Source: a virus
Taxonomy: Duplodnaviria > Caudoviricetes
Reading direction: 5' to 3' (one strand)
IMG/VR virus record: IMGVR_UViG_3300031228_000025
Coordinates: 1 to 27,071 of that record
DNA length: 27,071 nt
Translations under genes and position numbers: made by a program
In this document: one piece after another, positions 1 to 7,791 of the stretch
Layout: each line of letters opens with the position of its first letter
Position numbering within the stretch: position 1 is the stretch's first letter
Notes under the pieces: generated by a model
The model's input: only the letters and a program-made list of their open reading frames with translations
Databases searched by the model: none
Told to the model about the DNA's origin: nothing

Positions 1-2
1 AG

Positions 3-809
3 CTCAGCGGCCAGACACTCGAGGAGGCCCTCGCCACCCCGTGGGAGGAGCACCTGCGCCGGGACCTCCGCGCCCTGCTCGACTGCGAGGCGGTCGTGGT
101 CCTGGACGGGTGGGCCAGGAGCCGGGGCGCCCTGCTGGAGGTCGAGACCGCCCTGCGGCTCGGGATGCCCGTGTACCAGACGATCCGCCACGGCCCCGAC
201 CCCGAGGACCTGCGCCTCGAGGGGCTGGACGAGGCGACGATCGCCCAGGTCGTGGAGGGCGCCGGCCGGGCGCTGGACTTCGAGCGGACCCTGGAGCGCA
301 TCACCGAGACCGTCCAGACCACCGTGGTGGAGGAGGGCTGGTCCGCTGGTGAGGAGCCGAACGACGGCAATGGGTTCGGCGTGGATCAGGAGCCCTCGGC
401 CGACCCGCCCCGGATCATCAACACGAGGACGGGCCTGGGCGTGTCCACGGGCGGCAACTCCCCCGACGTCGTGGTGGACCCGGCCACCGGCGCCATGAAG
501 GCCGACGGCCGCAAGCCGCGGACCGACCTCCTGCCGCCGCTGCCGCTGCTCGACATCGCGGAGGTCCTGGAGTTCGGGTCCCGCAAGTACGCCGACCGCA
601 ACTGGGAGAGGGGCTTCGCCTGGGGCCGGCCGTACGGAGCCCTCCTGCGGCACCTCCTCCAGTGGTGGGCCGGCGAGGACCTCGACGAGGAGACGGGCAT
701 GTCGCACCTGGCCCACGCCGGCTGCGACCTGCTCATGCTCCTGGAGTTCACCCACACGGAGGCGGGCACGGACGACCGCCCCCACCAGGTCCACGAGGAG
801 AACAACTGA
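3..809 (+). CDS. 5'-truncated fusion: DUF4406 (nucleoside deoxyribosyltransferase-like) N-terminal domain + dATP/dGTP diphosphohydrolase (DUF5664-type) C-terminal domain
   Basis: Frame is open from the window edge. WEEHLRRDLRALLDCEAVVVLDGWARSRGALLEVETALRLGMPV matches the DUF4406 pattern. KADGRKPRTDLLP...VLEFGSRKYADRNWERG...LRHLLQWWAGEDLDEETGMSHLAHA matches the DUF5664 pattern. Confidence 0.8.
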   Translation, partial: LSGQTLEEALATPWEEHLRRDLRALLDCEAVVVLDGWARSRGALLEVETALRLGMPVYQTIRHGPDPEDLRLEGLDEATIAQVVEGAGRALDFERTLERITETVQTTVVEEGWSAGEEPNDGNGFGVDQEPSADPPRIINTRTGLGVSTGGNSPDVVVDPATGAMKADGRKPRTDLLPPLPLLDIAEVLEFGSRKYADRNWERGFAWGRPYGALLRHLLQWWAGEDLDEETGMSHLAHAGCDLLMLLEFTHTEAGTDDRPHQVHEENN

Positions 810-1693
810 TGGCCCAGCTCATCCGCATAGGGAACCTCCAGGGCGAGTACCCCGCCCTGGTCGAGCTCGTCATGGAGGAGGGCCGCCCGGCCGCGCCCCG
901 GGGCCTGCCGACCAGGGAGCTCCTGGACGTGACCCTGCACTTCGTGGACACCACGAACCTGCTGCCCGTCGGCACGGGGCGGAAGCTGTCCACGACCCTG
1001 AACGCCTACGCCGCGGCGGCCCTGGTCGCCGGGCGCCACCTGCCGAAGATGGCCCACGCCATCGCGCCCGGCCTGGCCGCCTTCGAGGCGGACGGGGTCG
1101 ACCGCGAGCGCTACGGCCCGCGGACGTTCAGCCAGGTGACGGGCGTCGTCCAGCACCTGCTGGCCGACCCGGACACCCGCGAGGCGATCGCCGTGCTCCA
1201 GCCGCCGCGGCTCCCCACGGCGGACGGGGGCAAGGACTTCCCCTGCACGACCTCCATCCAGTTCCTCCTCCGGGACGGGGCCCTCCACATGACGGTCTCG
1301 ATGCGCTCCAACGACGTGTGGCACGGGCTGAGCGGGGACGCCTGGGTCTTCGGCCAGCTCCAGCACACCCTGGCCTGGGCGCTCGGCGTCCGGCCGGGCG
1401 CCTACACCCACCACGCGGCCAGCCTCCACGTCTACGAGTCCGACGTCCCCAAGGCCCGGTGGCTCCACGCCCCCGACCGGGAGGGCCTGCTCCACGTCCA
1501 GGGCTTCCGGGCCGACTACCTCGACGAGGGGCCGCTCTCCGACCCTGGGCACCCGCTCCACCGGCTCGACGACGCGCGCTGGCTGGCAGATTCGGCCCTC
1601 GGCCGGCGCACGGGGCCCCTGGAGCCGCCGCCGGGCGATCGGGGGGTAATGTGGTACCAGGACCGGCTGCGGCCGTTCTGGGGCCCCGCATGA
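809..1693 (+). CDS. Thymidylate synthase-superfamily enzyme, dCMP hydroxymethylase/methylase-like
   Basis: TGATG coupling at 807-811. Motifs DFPCT..IQF, MRSNDVWHGLSGD and SLHVY are present. Asp occupies the position equivalent to E. coli ThyA Asn177. Confidence 0.85.
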   Translation: MAQLIRIGNLQGEYPALVELVMEEGRPAAPRGLPTRELLDVTLHFVDTTNLLPVGTGRKLSTTLNAYAAAALVAGRHLPKMAHAIAPGLAAFEADGVDRERYGPRTFSQVTGVVQHLLADPDTREAIAVLQPPRLPTADGGKDFPCTTSIQFLLRDGALHMTVSMRSNDVWHGLSGDAWVFGQLQHTLAWALGVRPGAYTHHAASLHVYESDVPKARWLHAPDREGLLHVQGFRADYLDEGPLSDPGHPLHRLDDARWLADSALGRRTGPLEPPPGDRGVMWYQDRLRPFWGPA

Positions 1694-2775
1694 CCTCCCA
1701 GGAGCCCACGGGCCTCGAGCCGTGGACGCCGGTGAAGATCAGGGAGACGTCCGTCACCGAGAGGGCCGTCTTCAAGGGCTGCCGGCGGCGCTGGCTGCTC
1801 AACGTCGTCCACAGGCTGGACCAGGTCGGCATCAACGAGAACTTCTGGATCGGGGAGCTGATCCACGACGCCCTGGCCGCCTACTACCTGTACGACCTCG
1901 CCGAGTGCGGGCACACGGCCAGGGAGCGCTGCCCCCACGCCGCTGAGCTCCTCCTCGCGGAGTACGACCGGGCCGCCGGCCGGGCGGTCGACGAGGTCAG
2001 GGAGGAGCTCGGTTTCCTGTGGGACTACGCCCACGAGCAGTGGGAGGAGCTGGTCACCCGCGGCCGCCTCATGCTCGAGGGCTACCTGGTCTACGACCGG
2101 ATGGAGGGCGGTCTCGGAACGGTGCTCCACGTCGAGCAGCGCTGGAGCGTGCCGATCCCCGGCACCCGCGGCCGGCTCCGCCTCCGGATCGACCTGGTGG
2201 CCGACAAGCACGGCCGGCGCCGGGTGGTCGACCACAAGAACCTGGCCGGCACGCCGAGCGACGACCTGCTGGACATCGACGACCAGTTCACGGGGTACTT
2301 CTGGGGAGACCACGCCGCGACCGGCGAGTGGGCGGACGAGGTGATCCGGAACGTCCTGCTCAAGAAGGCGCCGGAGCCCCCGCGGCTCATCAAGAAGGGC
2401 AAGGAGCTCAGCCGCGACAAGAGCCAGCGGACGACCGTGGACCTGTACCTGGCGGCGATCGCCGAGAACGGCTTCGACCGGGCGGAGTACGAGGAGTTCC
2501 TCTCCTTCCTGGCGGCCCAGGGCTGGGAGTCGTTCTTCCGGCGCCAGGTGTCCTACCGCAGCCGGGCCAGCGCCCGGCAGTTCGGGAAGCACCTCGCGAC
2601 CGAGTGGCGGGACATGGCCCGGGTGGCCTCGAAGCCCGAGCTCGCCTACCCCAGCCCCGACCAGATGCGCTGCGGCTCTTGCCCGGTGCGGACCATCTGC
2701 CAGGCCATGATGAACGAGGACGACGTCGAGGGCCTCATCAAGGCGCACTACGTCGTGAAGGAGGAGCGGGAGTGA
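1690..2775 (+). CDS. Cas4/RecB-like PD-(D/E)XK exonuclease with probable Fe-S cluster
   Basis: ATGA overlap at 1690. N-terminal FKGCRRRW, GELIHDAL, E..RIDLV..VVDHKN, Q..Y, and C-terminal CGSCPVRTIC (1+3 Cys arrangement). Confidence 0.85.
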   Translation: MTSQEPTGLEPWTPVKIRETSVTERAVFKGCRRRWLLNVVHRLDQVGINENFWIGELIHDALAAYYLYDLAECGHTARERCPHAAELLLAEYDRAAGRAVDEVREELGFLWDYAHEQWEELVTRGRLMLEGYLVYDRMEGGLGTVLHVEQRWSVPIPGTRGRLRLRIDLVADKHGRRRVVDHKNLAGTPSDDLLDIDDQFTGYFWGDHAATGEWADEVIRNVLLKKAPEPPRLIKKGKELSRDKSQRTTVDLYLAAIAENGFDRAEYEEFLSFLAAQGWESFFRRQVSYRSRASARQFGKHLATEWRDMARVASKPELAYPSPDQMRCGSCPVRTICQAMMNEDDVEGLIKAHYVVKEERE

Positions 2776-3170
2776 GCGTCTACCTGGGCCGAGCGGCGGC
2801 CGTCAAGCGCCTACTGAAGGGGGCGCTGATGCTGCGCCCCTTCGAGCGGGCCGCGGGCAAGCGGCACTGGGTCTCGCAGAGCCAGTCCCGCCTGGTGGCC
2901 GTCGAAGTCGAGGGGGACCCCGTGCGAAGGGTCTCCGTCACCATGCCCGTGTCGCCGGGCGCCGGGACGATCCTGGCCCAGGTCATCAACGAGTTCCACG
3001 CCGACTCCGCGACCGTCAGGGCCTGGGCCGAGAAGGAGCTGCTCGCCTGGGGCGCCCGCCTCGGGGAGGACCCCGACGCGGGGCTGGACGTGCTCATCGC
3101 GTCGGCCGACCGGAGCACCAGGCTCCAGCGCATGGGGACCGCGGGCGTCCTCCTCACCATCACCGTATAG
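2772..3170 (+). CDS. Hypothetical protein (132 aa)
   Basis: GTGA overlap with the upstream stop. GC3-rich codon usage. Fills the gap before the next gene. Confidence 0.65.
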   Translation: MSVYLGRAAAVKRLLKGALMLRPFERAAGKRHWVSQSQSRLVAVEVEGDPVRRVSVTMPVSPGAGTILAQVINEFHADSATVRAWAEKELLAWGARLGEDPDAGLDVLIASADRSTRLQRMGTAGVLLTITV

Positions 3171-3184
3171 TCATCCTGTCAACC
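3165..3184 (+). promoter_or_regulatory. 20-bp conserved motif, copy 1 (GTATAGTCATCCTGTCAACC); -10-like TATAGT plus possible operator
   Basis: 18/20 identical to 7496-7515. Lies just upstream of the GGAGG RBS of the ATPase gene. Confidence 0.65.
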
Positions 3185-3198
3185 TACTGGAGGAACGC

Positions 3199-3942
3199 AT
3201 GCCACTGACCATCGGCAGGCCGGAGGACGTCTCCGTCTGCTATGCCCTCATCTTCGGGCCGCCCGGCGCGGGCAAGACCCACCACCTGGGCTCCCTCGCC
3301 GACGACGAGCGCACGGCCCCCGCGCTGATCCTCGACTTCGAGGGCGGCAGCCAGACGCTCGTCGGCCGCGACGTCGACGTCGCCCGCATCTACACCCCGC
3401 AGGACTTCGAGGAGGCCCTCGAGGTGCTCCGCGGCGGGGACTACAAGTCCTTCGGCGTGGACTCCCTGAGCGAGGCCCAGGTCGGCGGGCTGCTCGCCAT
3501 CCTCGAGAAGGACAAGCGCCGGGCCGACCCCGACCAGCTGGCGCAGCAGGACTGGGGCGTCATCCTCGTCCAGATGCGCCGCTTCGTCCGCCGGTTCAAG
3601 GACCTCGGCGTCCACGGGTTCATGACCGCCCTGGCCAAGGACGCCCTGGACCCGCGGGTCGGCAAGATCGTCGTCCCGGCGTTCCAGGGCGCGTTCAGCG
3701 GTGAGGTCGAGGGCGTCTTCGACGTCGTCACCTACCTCGCCCAGAGCGAGACCGAGGACGGCCAGACGGAGCGCCTGATGCTGCTCCGCGACTACCCGAG
3801 CTACCGGATCAAGGCACGGTCCCCATACGGCCACCAGCCGCCCGCCGAGCTCGTCGGCGAGAACGGCGAGGTCCCCACCGCCGGAGCGCTCCTGGACGCG
3901 CTCGGCTACAAGCGCCCGACGAAGGGCAAGGAGAGCAAGTGA
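3199..3942 (+). CDS. Sak4-like / AAA_24 ATPase (recombinase)
   Basis: Walker A GPPGAGKT, LILDFEGG and Walker B FGVDSLSE. Located between a Cas4-like nuclease and an SSB-like gene. GGAGG RBS. Confidence 0.85.
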   Translation: MPLTIGRPEDVSVCYALIFGPPGAGKTHHLGSLADDERTAPALILDFEGGSQTLVGRDVDVARIYTPQDFEEALEVLRGGDYKSFGVDSLSEAQVGGLLAILEKDKRRADPDQLAQQDWGVILVQMRRFVRRFKDLGVHGFMTALAKDALDPRVGKIVVPAFQGAFSGEVEGVFDVVTYLAQSETEDGQTERLMLLRDYPSYRIKARSPYGHQPPAELVGENGEVPTAGALLDALGYKRPTKGKESK

Positions 3943-4463
3943 GCACCATCAAGGTCCCCCTCGACTTCGACGGGATCGAGGACTTCGACAACATCCCCGC
4001 CGGCGTGTACCCGGCGGTCATCGAGAAGCTGACCTACCGCCCGGCGAAGGAGGCCTCCGAGAGCCAGGACGGCAAGGCGAAGTCGGCCTCCGTGTCGGTG
4101 GAGTACACCGTCACCGACCCCGAGTACGAGGGCCGCAAGCTCTGGCAGAACCTGTACTTCACGCCGAAGGCCATGTGGCGGGCCGCCCGCTTCTTCAAGG
4201 TCTTCGGCGAGGACTACCGGGAGCTGGACGTCGACGAGGAGACGGGCATCGTCCTGAGCCCCAGCCTGGGCGGCATCGCGGTCGAGGTCAAGACCTACGT
4301 GGACGGTGACTGGGGCAACAAGGTGGACGACCCGCCGGTGCCCCTCGGCAAGGCCGCGCAGCGATCGACGACCTCCTCCCGCAAGGCGGCGGCCAGCGAC
4401 GAGGAGGACGCCGGCGAGGCCGAGCCGGCGCAGAAGCGCCGCGGCGGCCGGGCGATCCGCTGA
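3939..4463 (+). CDS. ssDNA-binding protein (DUF669-like OB fold)
   Basis: IPAGVYPAVI...VEYTVTDPEYEGRKLWQNLYF and a charged, low-complexity C-terminal tail. Follows the Sak4-like gene. Confidence 0.75.
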   Translation: MSTIKVPLDFDGIEDFDNIPAGVYPAVIEKLTYRPAKEASESQDGKAKSASVSVEYTVTDPEYEGRKLWQNLYFTPKAMWRAARFFKVFGEDYRELDVDEETGIVLSPSLGGIAVEVKTYVDGDWGNKVDDPPVPLGKAAQRSTTSSRKAAASDEEDAGEAEPAQKRRGGRAIR

Positions 4464-4585
4464 TGTTCCAGGACCCCGACGACGCCCACAACGCGGCCGT
4501 CGCCGTCGGCTGCATCGCCCAGGCGGTGGTGCTGCTAGTGCTCCTGCTCTGCGGCCTGGTGGCCAAGACCGTCATCCTCGGATGA
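4463..4585 (+). CDS. Small 40-aa single-pass membrane protein (not in the ORF track)
   Basis: MFQDPDDAHNAAVAVGCIAQAVVLLVLLLCGLVAKTVILG. TGATG-coupled to the SSB stop and ATGA-coupled to the polymerase start. Confidence 0.65.
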   Translation: MFQDPDDAHNAAVAVGCIAQAVVLLVLLLCGLVAKTVILG

Positions 4586-7179
4586 GCCAGGCCCCCTGGG
4601 CCGCGGTCTACTCGGGCGAGGCTGCCCCGGAGCCCGCCGGCCGCCGGCTCGTCGAGAGCCTGGCGGACCGCGCGGCCCCGGGGCACCCGCCCATCCAGTG
4701 GATCGGCGTGCCGGCCACCAAGGTCGTCCAGGCCCGCGGGGCCCGTGATGACCTGCTCGCGGAGCTCGCCCGGCTGCGGCCGGAGCGGGTACTCACCGTC
4801 GACCCCCTCGCCCTGATGGCCCTGCGGGGCGACGCCAAGAAGCCGGCGATCATGAGCGAGCGCGGGCGGCTCCAGTGGCTGCCGTACGGCGACGACCCGG
4901 GGGACGTCGCACTGCTGCTGCCGACCATCACGCCCTCCATGGTCCGGGCGGACCAGGAGTACTTCCGAGACCTCGCCCGGGACGTCATCAAGTGGTCGAC
5001 CCAGGACGCCCCGGTGGAGACGGAGTGGCCGGACTACCACCTGCCCGAGACCGCGGACGGCCTCGAGGAGGCGCTGAAGCGGCTGGAGCCCCACGCCGTG
5101 GTGACCCTGGACGTCGAGACGACGGGCTTCGACCCCCGGACCGACGAGCTCGTCTGCATCGGGCTCGGCACGGCGACCGGGCCGTCCATCGTGGTCCGCC
5201 TGGAGCGCGACCACCGAGGCACCGGCCAGGAGTCGCCCCTGCTCGCCGAGGAGGAGCGGGTGAAGGACCTGCTCTGGGAGGCACTGTGGCCGGACCCGCT
5301 GCGCCGGGTCGTGCTCCACAACGGCAAGTTCGACCTCCAGTTCCTGGCGCAGTGGTGGGGCGCCCTGCCGGGCGAGGACGACGCCCGACTCGGCGACACG
5401 ATGCTCCTCAGCTTCCTCCTGGACGAGCGGCCCGTGCGGTCGAAGTACCGGGCCCACGGCCTGAAGGACCTCAGCCGCTACCGGTTCGACGTGCCCGACT
5501 ACGGGCTGGACCACGCGCTGTTCCAGGCGCGCTACCTGGGGCGGCCCCTCGACCCCGAGAAGCCGGACGAGGTCCCCGAGCCGCCCGACGACGAGGCCTG
5601 GGACGACTACTGGGCCTACCAGGCCATGGACACCCGCATGACGGCCCTCCTGTGGGACGAGCTCGTCAGGGAGGCCGCGGCCGAGTCGAAGGGCCTGCTG
5701 CGCTGCCACGACAACCTCATGGCGCCGGGCACCCTGGCCTTCGCCGAGACGGAGCTCAACGGCATCCCCATGGACCGGGCGTTCCTGGAGGCGGAGGCCC
5801 ACCGGGTCGGCCGCCGGATGGACCGCCGGGAGGCCGTGCTGCGGTCCGCCCTGGGCAACCCGGAGTTCAAGCCCGGCTCGGCCAAGCAGGTGGTGGCCGT
5901 GCTCCGGTCGTTCCCAGTCCTGCCCCCGCGCACCGAGAACCTCGCCCTGATGGAGCGGACCTCCGCCCATGGCCAGGCCAACGACCGGACCTCGAACATC
6001 GCCACCTCCACCTATGTCAAGTACAAGTGGCTGCCGCACGGCGAGGGCGAGCCGGTCGATCCCACCGAGCCGGTCGTCTGGCCGCTCGTCTGGAAGGGCC
6101 CGAAGCAGGGCTACTCTGCCCAGTCGACCAGCGTTGCCGAGATGCGCCTGCTGCTCAACGAGTTCCTCCTCCGGGGCCGCAAGAGGCAGGCCCGCATCCT
6201 GGACATGATCCTGAAGTGGCGGCTCGACCAGAAGTACCTCAAGACCTACGTCCTGGGGCTCCTGAACGGGCTGGACGACAAGGACCGCATCCACGCCTCG
6301 TTCAACCTGGGCGGGGCCACCACGGGCCGCCTCAGCTCATCCGGGCCCAACATGCACGCCGTCCCCAAGCGAGGGGCGGGGTCCATCCTCAACACCCGCC
6401 GGGCTTTCCGCGCCGAGCCGGGCTGGACGTTCCTCGAGGCCGACTACTCACAGCTGGAGCTCAGGGTCTCCGCGATGCTGTCCGCCGACCCCGCCATGGT
6501 CGACAGCTACCGGGCCGGGACGGACCTGCACATGCTCGTGGCGCAGATGATGTTCCAGCGCCCGGCCGAGCAGATCGACTACCAGCAACGGTACATGGCC
6601 AAGGCCGTGGACTTCGGCATCCTGTACGGCCGCTCGGCCAAGGCCATCTCCACCTCGGAGGCCATGTACTACCTCGTCCACGAGCTGGGCGGGGAGGCCT
6701 GGACCCAGGCCGAGGCCCAGCTCTTCATCGACCGCTTCCTGGACGGCTTCCCCGCCCTGCGGGACTGGATGAAGGACCAGGGCGAGCGGGCGCTGCGGGA
6801 GCGGATCATCGACACCCCCTTCGGCCGGCGACGCCGTCTGTACGCCGTCCGCAAGGACACCAGGACCATCTCCGCCATCCGGCGCCAGGGGGTCAACACC
6901 CCGATCCAGAGCGTCGCGTCGGACATCTGCCTCTCGGCGGTCATCCGGCTATGGCGCTCCCTGGACCCCGCCGAGGCCCGGCTCCTGTCCATGGTCCACG
7001 ACTCCATCCTGCTCGAGGTCCGGCAGGACGCCGTGGACCGCCTGGCCCCCGAGGTCCGGCGCCTGATGGAGACCACGCCCGACGAGCTCCGCGGCTCGCC
7101 GGTCCCCTTCTCGGTCGACGTCAAGGTCGGCCCCACCCTCCATGACTCCGACATGCACGACTGGGAGGCACCCGAATGA
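4582..7179 (+). CDS. polA: Family A DNA polymerase with 3'-5' exonuclease and degenerate N-terminal UDG-like domain
   Basis: ExoI DVETTG, ExoII HNGKFD, ExoIII YQAMD, TGRLSSSGPN, motif A ADYSQLELR, motif B RYMAKAVDFGILYG, motif C VHDS. Start placed at ATG 4582 by translational coupling. Confidence 0.95.
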   Translation: MSQAPWAAVYSGEAAPEPAGRRLVESLADRAAPGHPPIQWIGVPATKVVQARGARDDLLAELARLRPERVLTVDPLALMALRGDAKKPAIMSERGRLQWLPYGDDPGDVALLLPTITPSMVRADQEYFRDLARDVIKWSTQDAPVETEWPDYHLPETADGLEEALKRLEPHAVVTLDVETTGFDPRTDELVCIGLGTATGPSIVVRLERDHRGTGQESPLLAEEERVKDLLWEALWPDPLRRVVLHNGKFDLQFLAQWWGALPGEDDARLGDTMLLSFLLDERPVRSKYRAHGLKDLSRYRFDVPDYGLDHALFQARYLGRPLDPEKPDEVPEPPDDEAWDDYWAYQAMDTRMTALLWDELVREAAAESKGLLRCHDNLMAPGTLAFAETELNGIPMDRAFLEAEAHRVGRRMDRREAVLRSALGNPEFKPGSAKQVVAVLRSFPVLPPRTENLALMERTSAHGQANDRTSNIATSTYVKYKWLPHGEGEPVDPTEPVVWPLVWKGPKQGYSAQSTSVAEMRLLLNEFLLRGRKRQARILDMILKWRLDQKYLKTYVLGLLNGLDDKDRIHASFNLGGATTGRLSSSGPNMHAVPKRGAGSILNTRRAFRAEPGWTFLEADYSQLELRVSAMLSADPAMVDSYRAGTDLHMLVAQMMFQRPAEQIDYQQRYMAKAVDFGILYGRSAKAISTSEAMYYLVHELGGEAWTQAEAQLFIDRFLDGFPALRDWMKDQGERALRERIIDTPFGRRRRLYAVRKDTRTISAIRRQGVNTPIQSVASDICLSAVIRLWRSLDPAEARLLSMVHDSILLEVRQDAVDRLAPEVRRLMETTPDELRGSPVPFSVDVKVGPTLHDSDMHDWEAPE

Positions 7180-7433
7180 GAGTAATCAAGTACCTGCGCC
7201 TGGAGGCCGGGCTCGCCCAGGGCGAGCTCGCCGCGGCGATCGGCACCACGCAGCCGGCCCTGTCGGCCTGGGAGAACGGCAAGGGCACGATGCCCGAGGC
7301 CCGGCAGAAGGCGGCGCTCGCCCACCTGATGCAGAGACACCTCAAGCCGAAGACCACGGTGCTCGTCGCGCCCGGCGGCCTGAAGTGGGTCGACCTCAGC
7401 CGGGAGGTCTACGGCCAGGTCGCCCGCGACTGA
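7176..7433 (+). CDS. XRE-family helix-turn-helix regulator
   Basis: IKYLRLEAGLAQGELAAAIGTTQPALSAWENGK is the HTH_3 pattern. ATGA overlap with polA. Confidence 0.9.
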   Translation: MRVIKYLRLEAGLAQGELAAAIGTTQPALSAWENGKGTMPEARQKAALAHLMQRHLKPKTTVLVAPGGLKWVDLSREVYGQVARD

Positions 7434-7495
7434 AGGTACCGGGGCCCTCAGTCTAATCTCCTAGAATAGGGGGCTCCCGAACCTGGAGATGGGGT

Positions 7496-7515
7496 GTATA
7501 TTCATCTTGTCAACC
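7496..7515 (+). promoter_or_regulatory. 20-bp conserved motif, copy 2 (GTATATTCATCTTGTCAACC)
   Basis: AT-rich intergenic region, 18/20 identical to 3165-3184. An additional TAGAAT lies at 7462-7467. Confidence 0.65.
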
Positions 7516-7536
7516 GATCGCACGGAGAACACTTCG

Positions 7537-7791
7537 ATGACAAACCGCCGAGTCCGCGTCGAGCTCAACTGCCAGCACGGCCGCCTGGTCGAGGCAGAGA
7601 GCCACGAGGCCGTGGACATCCTCCGCACCGAGACGGCCGCCTGCCTCCAGTGCCCCGTCGACCAGGGCGAGTCCCGGTACGAGGGCGTCAGCCCCCGGGG
7701 CCTGGACCTCCTGGCCATCCGCCGCTACGGCATGAACCGCGCCGAGCTCGCCTCCTACGGGATGACCCCGTGGGCCGAGGAGGCCGACTGA
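7537..7791 (+). CDS. Hypothetical protein, possible Zn-binding (CxxG...CxxC)
   Basis: GGAG RBS before ATG 7537. Contains CQHG and CLQC. TGATG coupling to the next gene. Confidence 0.65.
   Translation: MTNRRVRVELNCQHGRLVEAESHEAVDILRTETAACLQCPVDQGESRYEGVSPRGLDLLAIRRYGMNRAELASYGMTPWAEEAD

Noticed and set aside
3-809. 2-aminoadenine (Z) genome suggested by the dATP/dGTP diphosphohydrolase
   Set aside because: No PurZ is present in the window, and the neighbouring gene points to cytosine modification. It cannot be excluded for sequence outside the window.
1690-2775. Cas4-like gene as evidence of a CRISPR-Cas system
   Set aside because: No repeat-spacer array or other cas genes were seen. Its context (Sak4-like ATPase, SSB) is a standard phage recombination module.
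3177-3182. Perfect TTGACA on the - strand in both motif copies (also 7508-7513) as -35 boxes of antisense promoters
   Set aside because: No -10-like hexamer lies about 17 bp downstream in either copy (TGGTGA, ATCTCC).
4306-4581. ORF-track N-terminal extensions (polA from 4306, TS from 662, nuclease from 1318, Stealth from 21054, GT2 from 22142, terminator from 18886)
   Set aside because: They overlap upstream genes. Stop/start overlaps define the shorter starts used here.
5900-6130. Intein in the polymerase insertion
   Set aside because: Too short, and it lacks the C-terminal His-Asn followed by Cys/Ser/Thr splice junction.
4288-6294. Long antisense or alternative-frame ORFs (e.g. 4288-6294 -, 4875-7145 +, 15333-17321 +, 21839-23440 +)
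   Set aside because: They are shadows of real genes caused by stop-codon scarcity at high GC. The translations are Arg/Pro/Gly-rich or mirror-codon sequences with no motifs.
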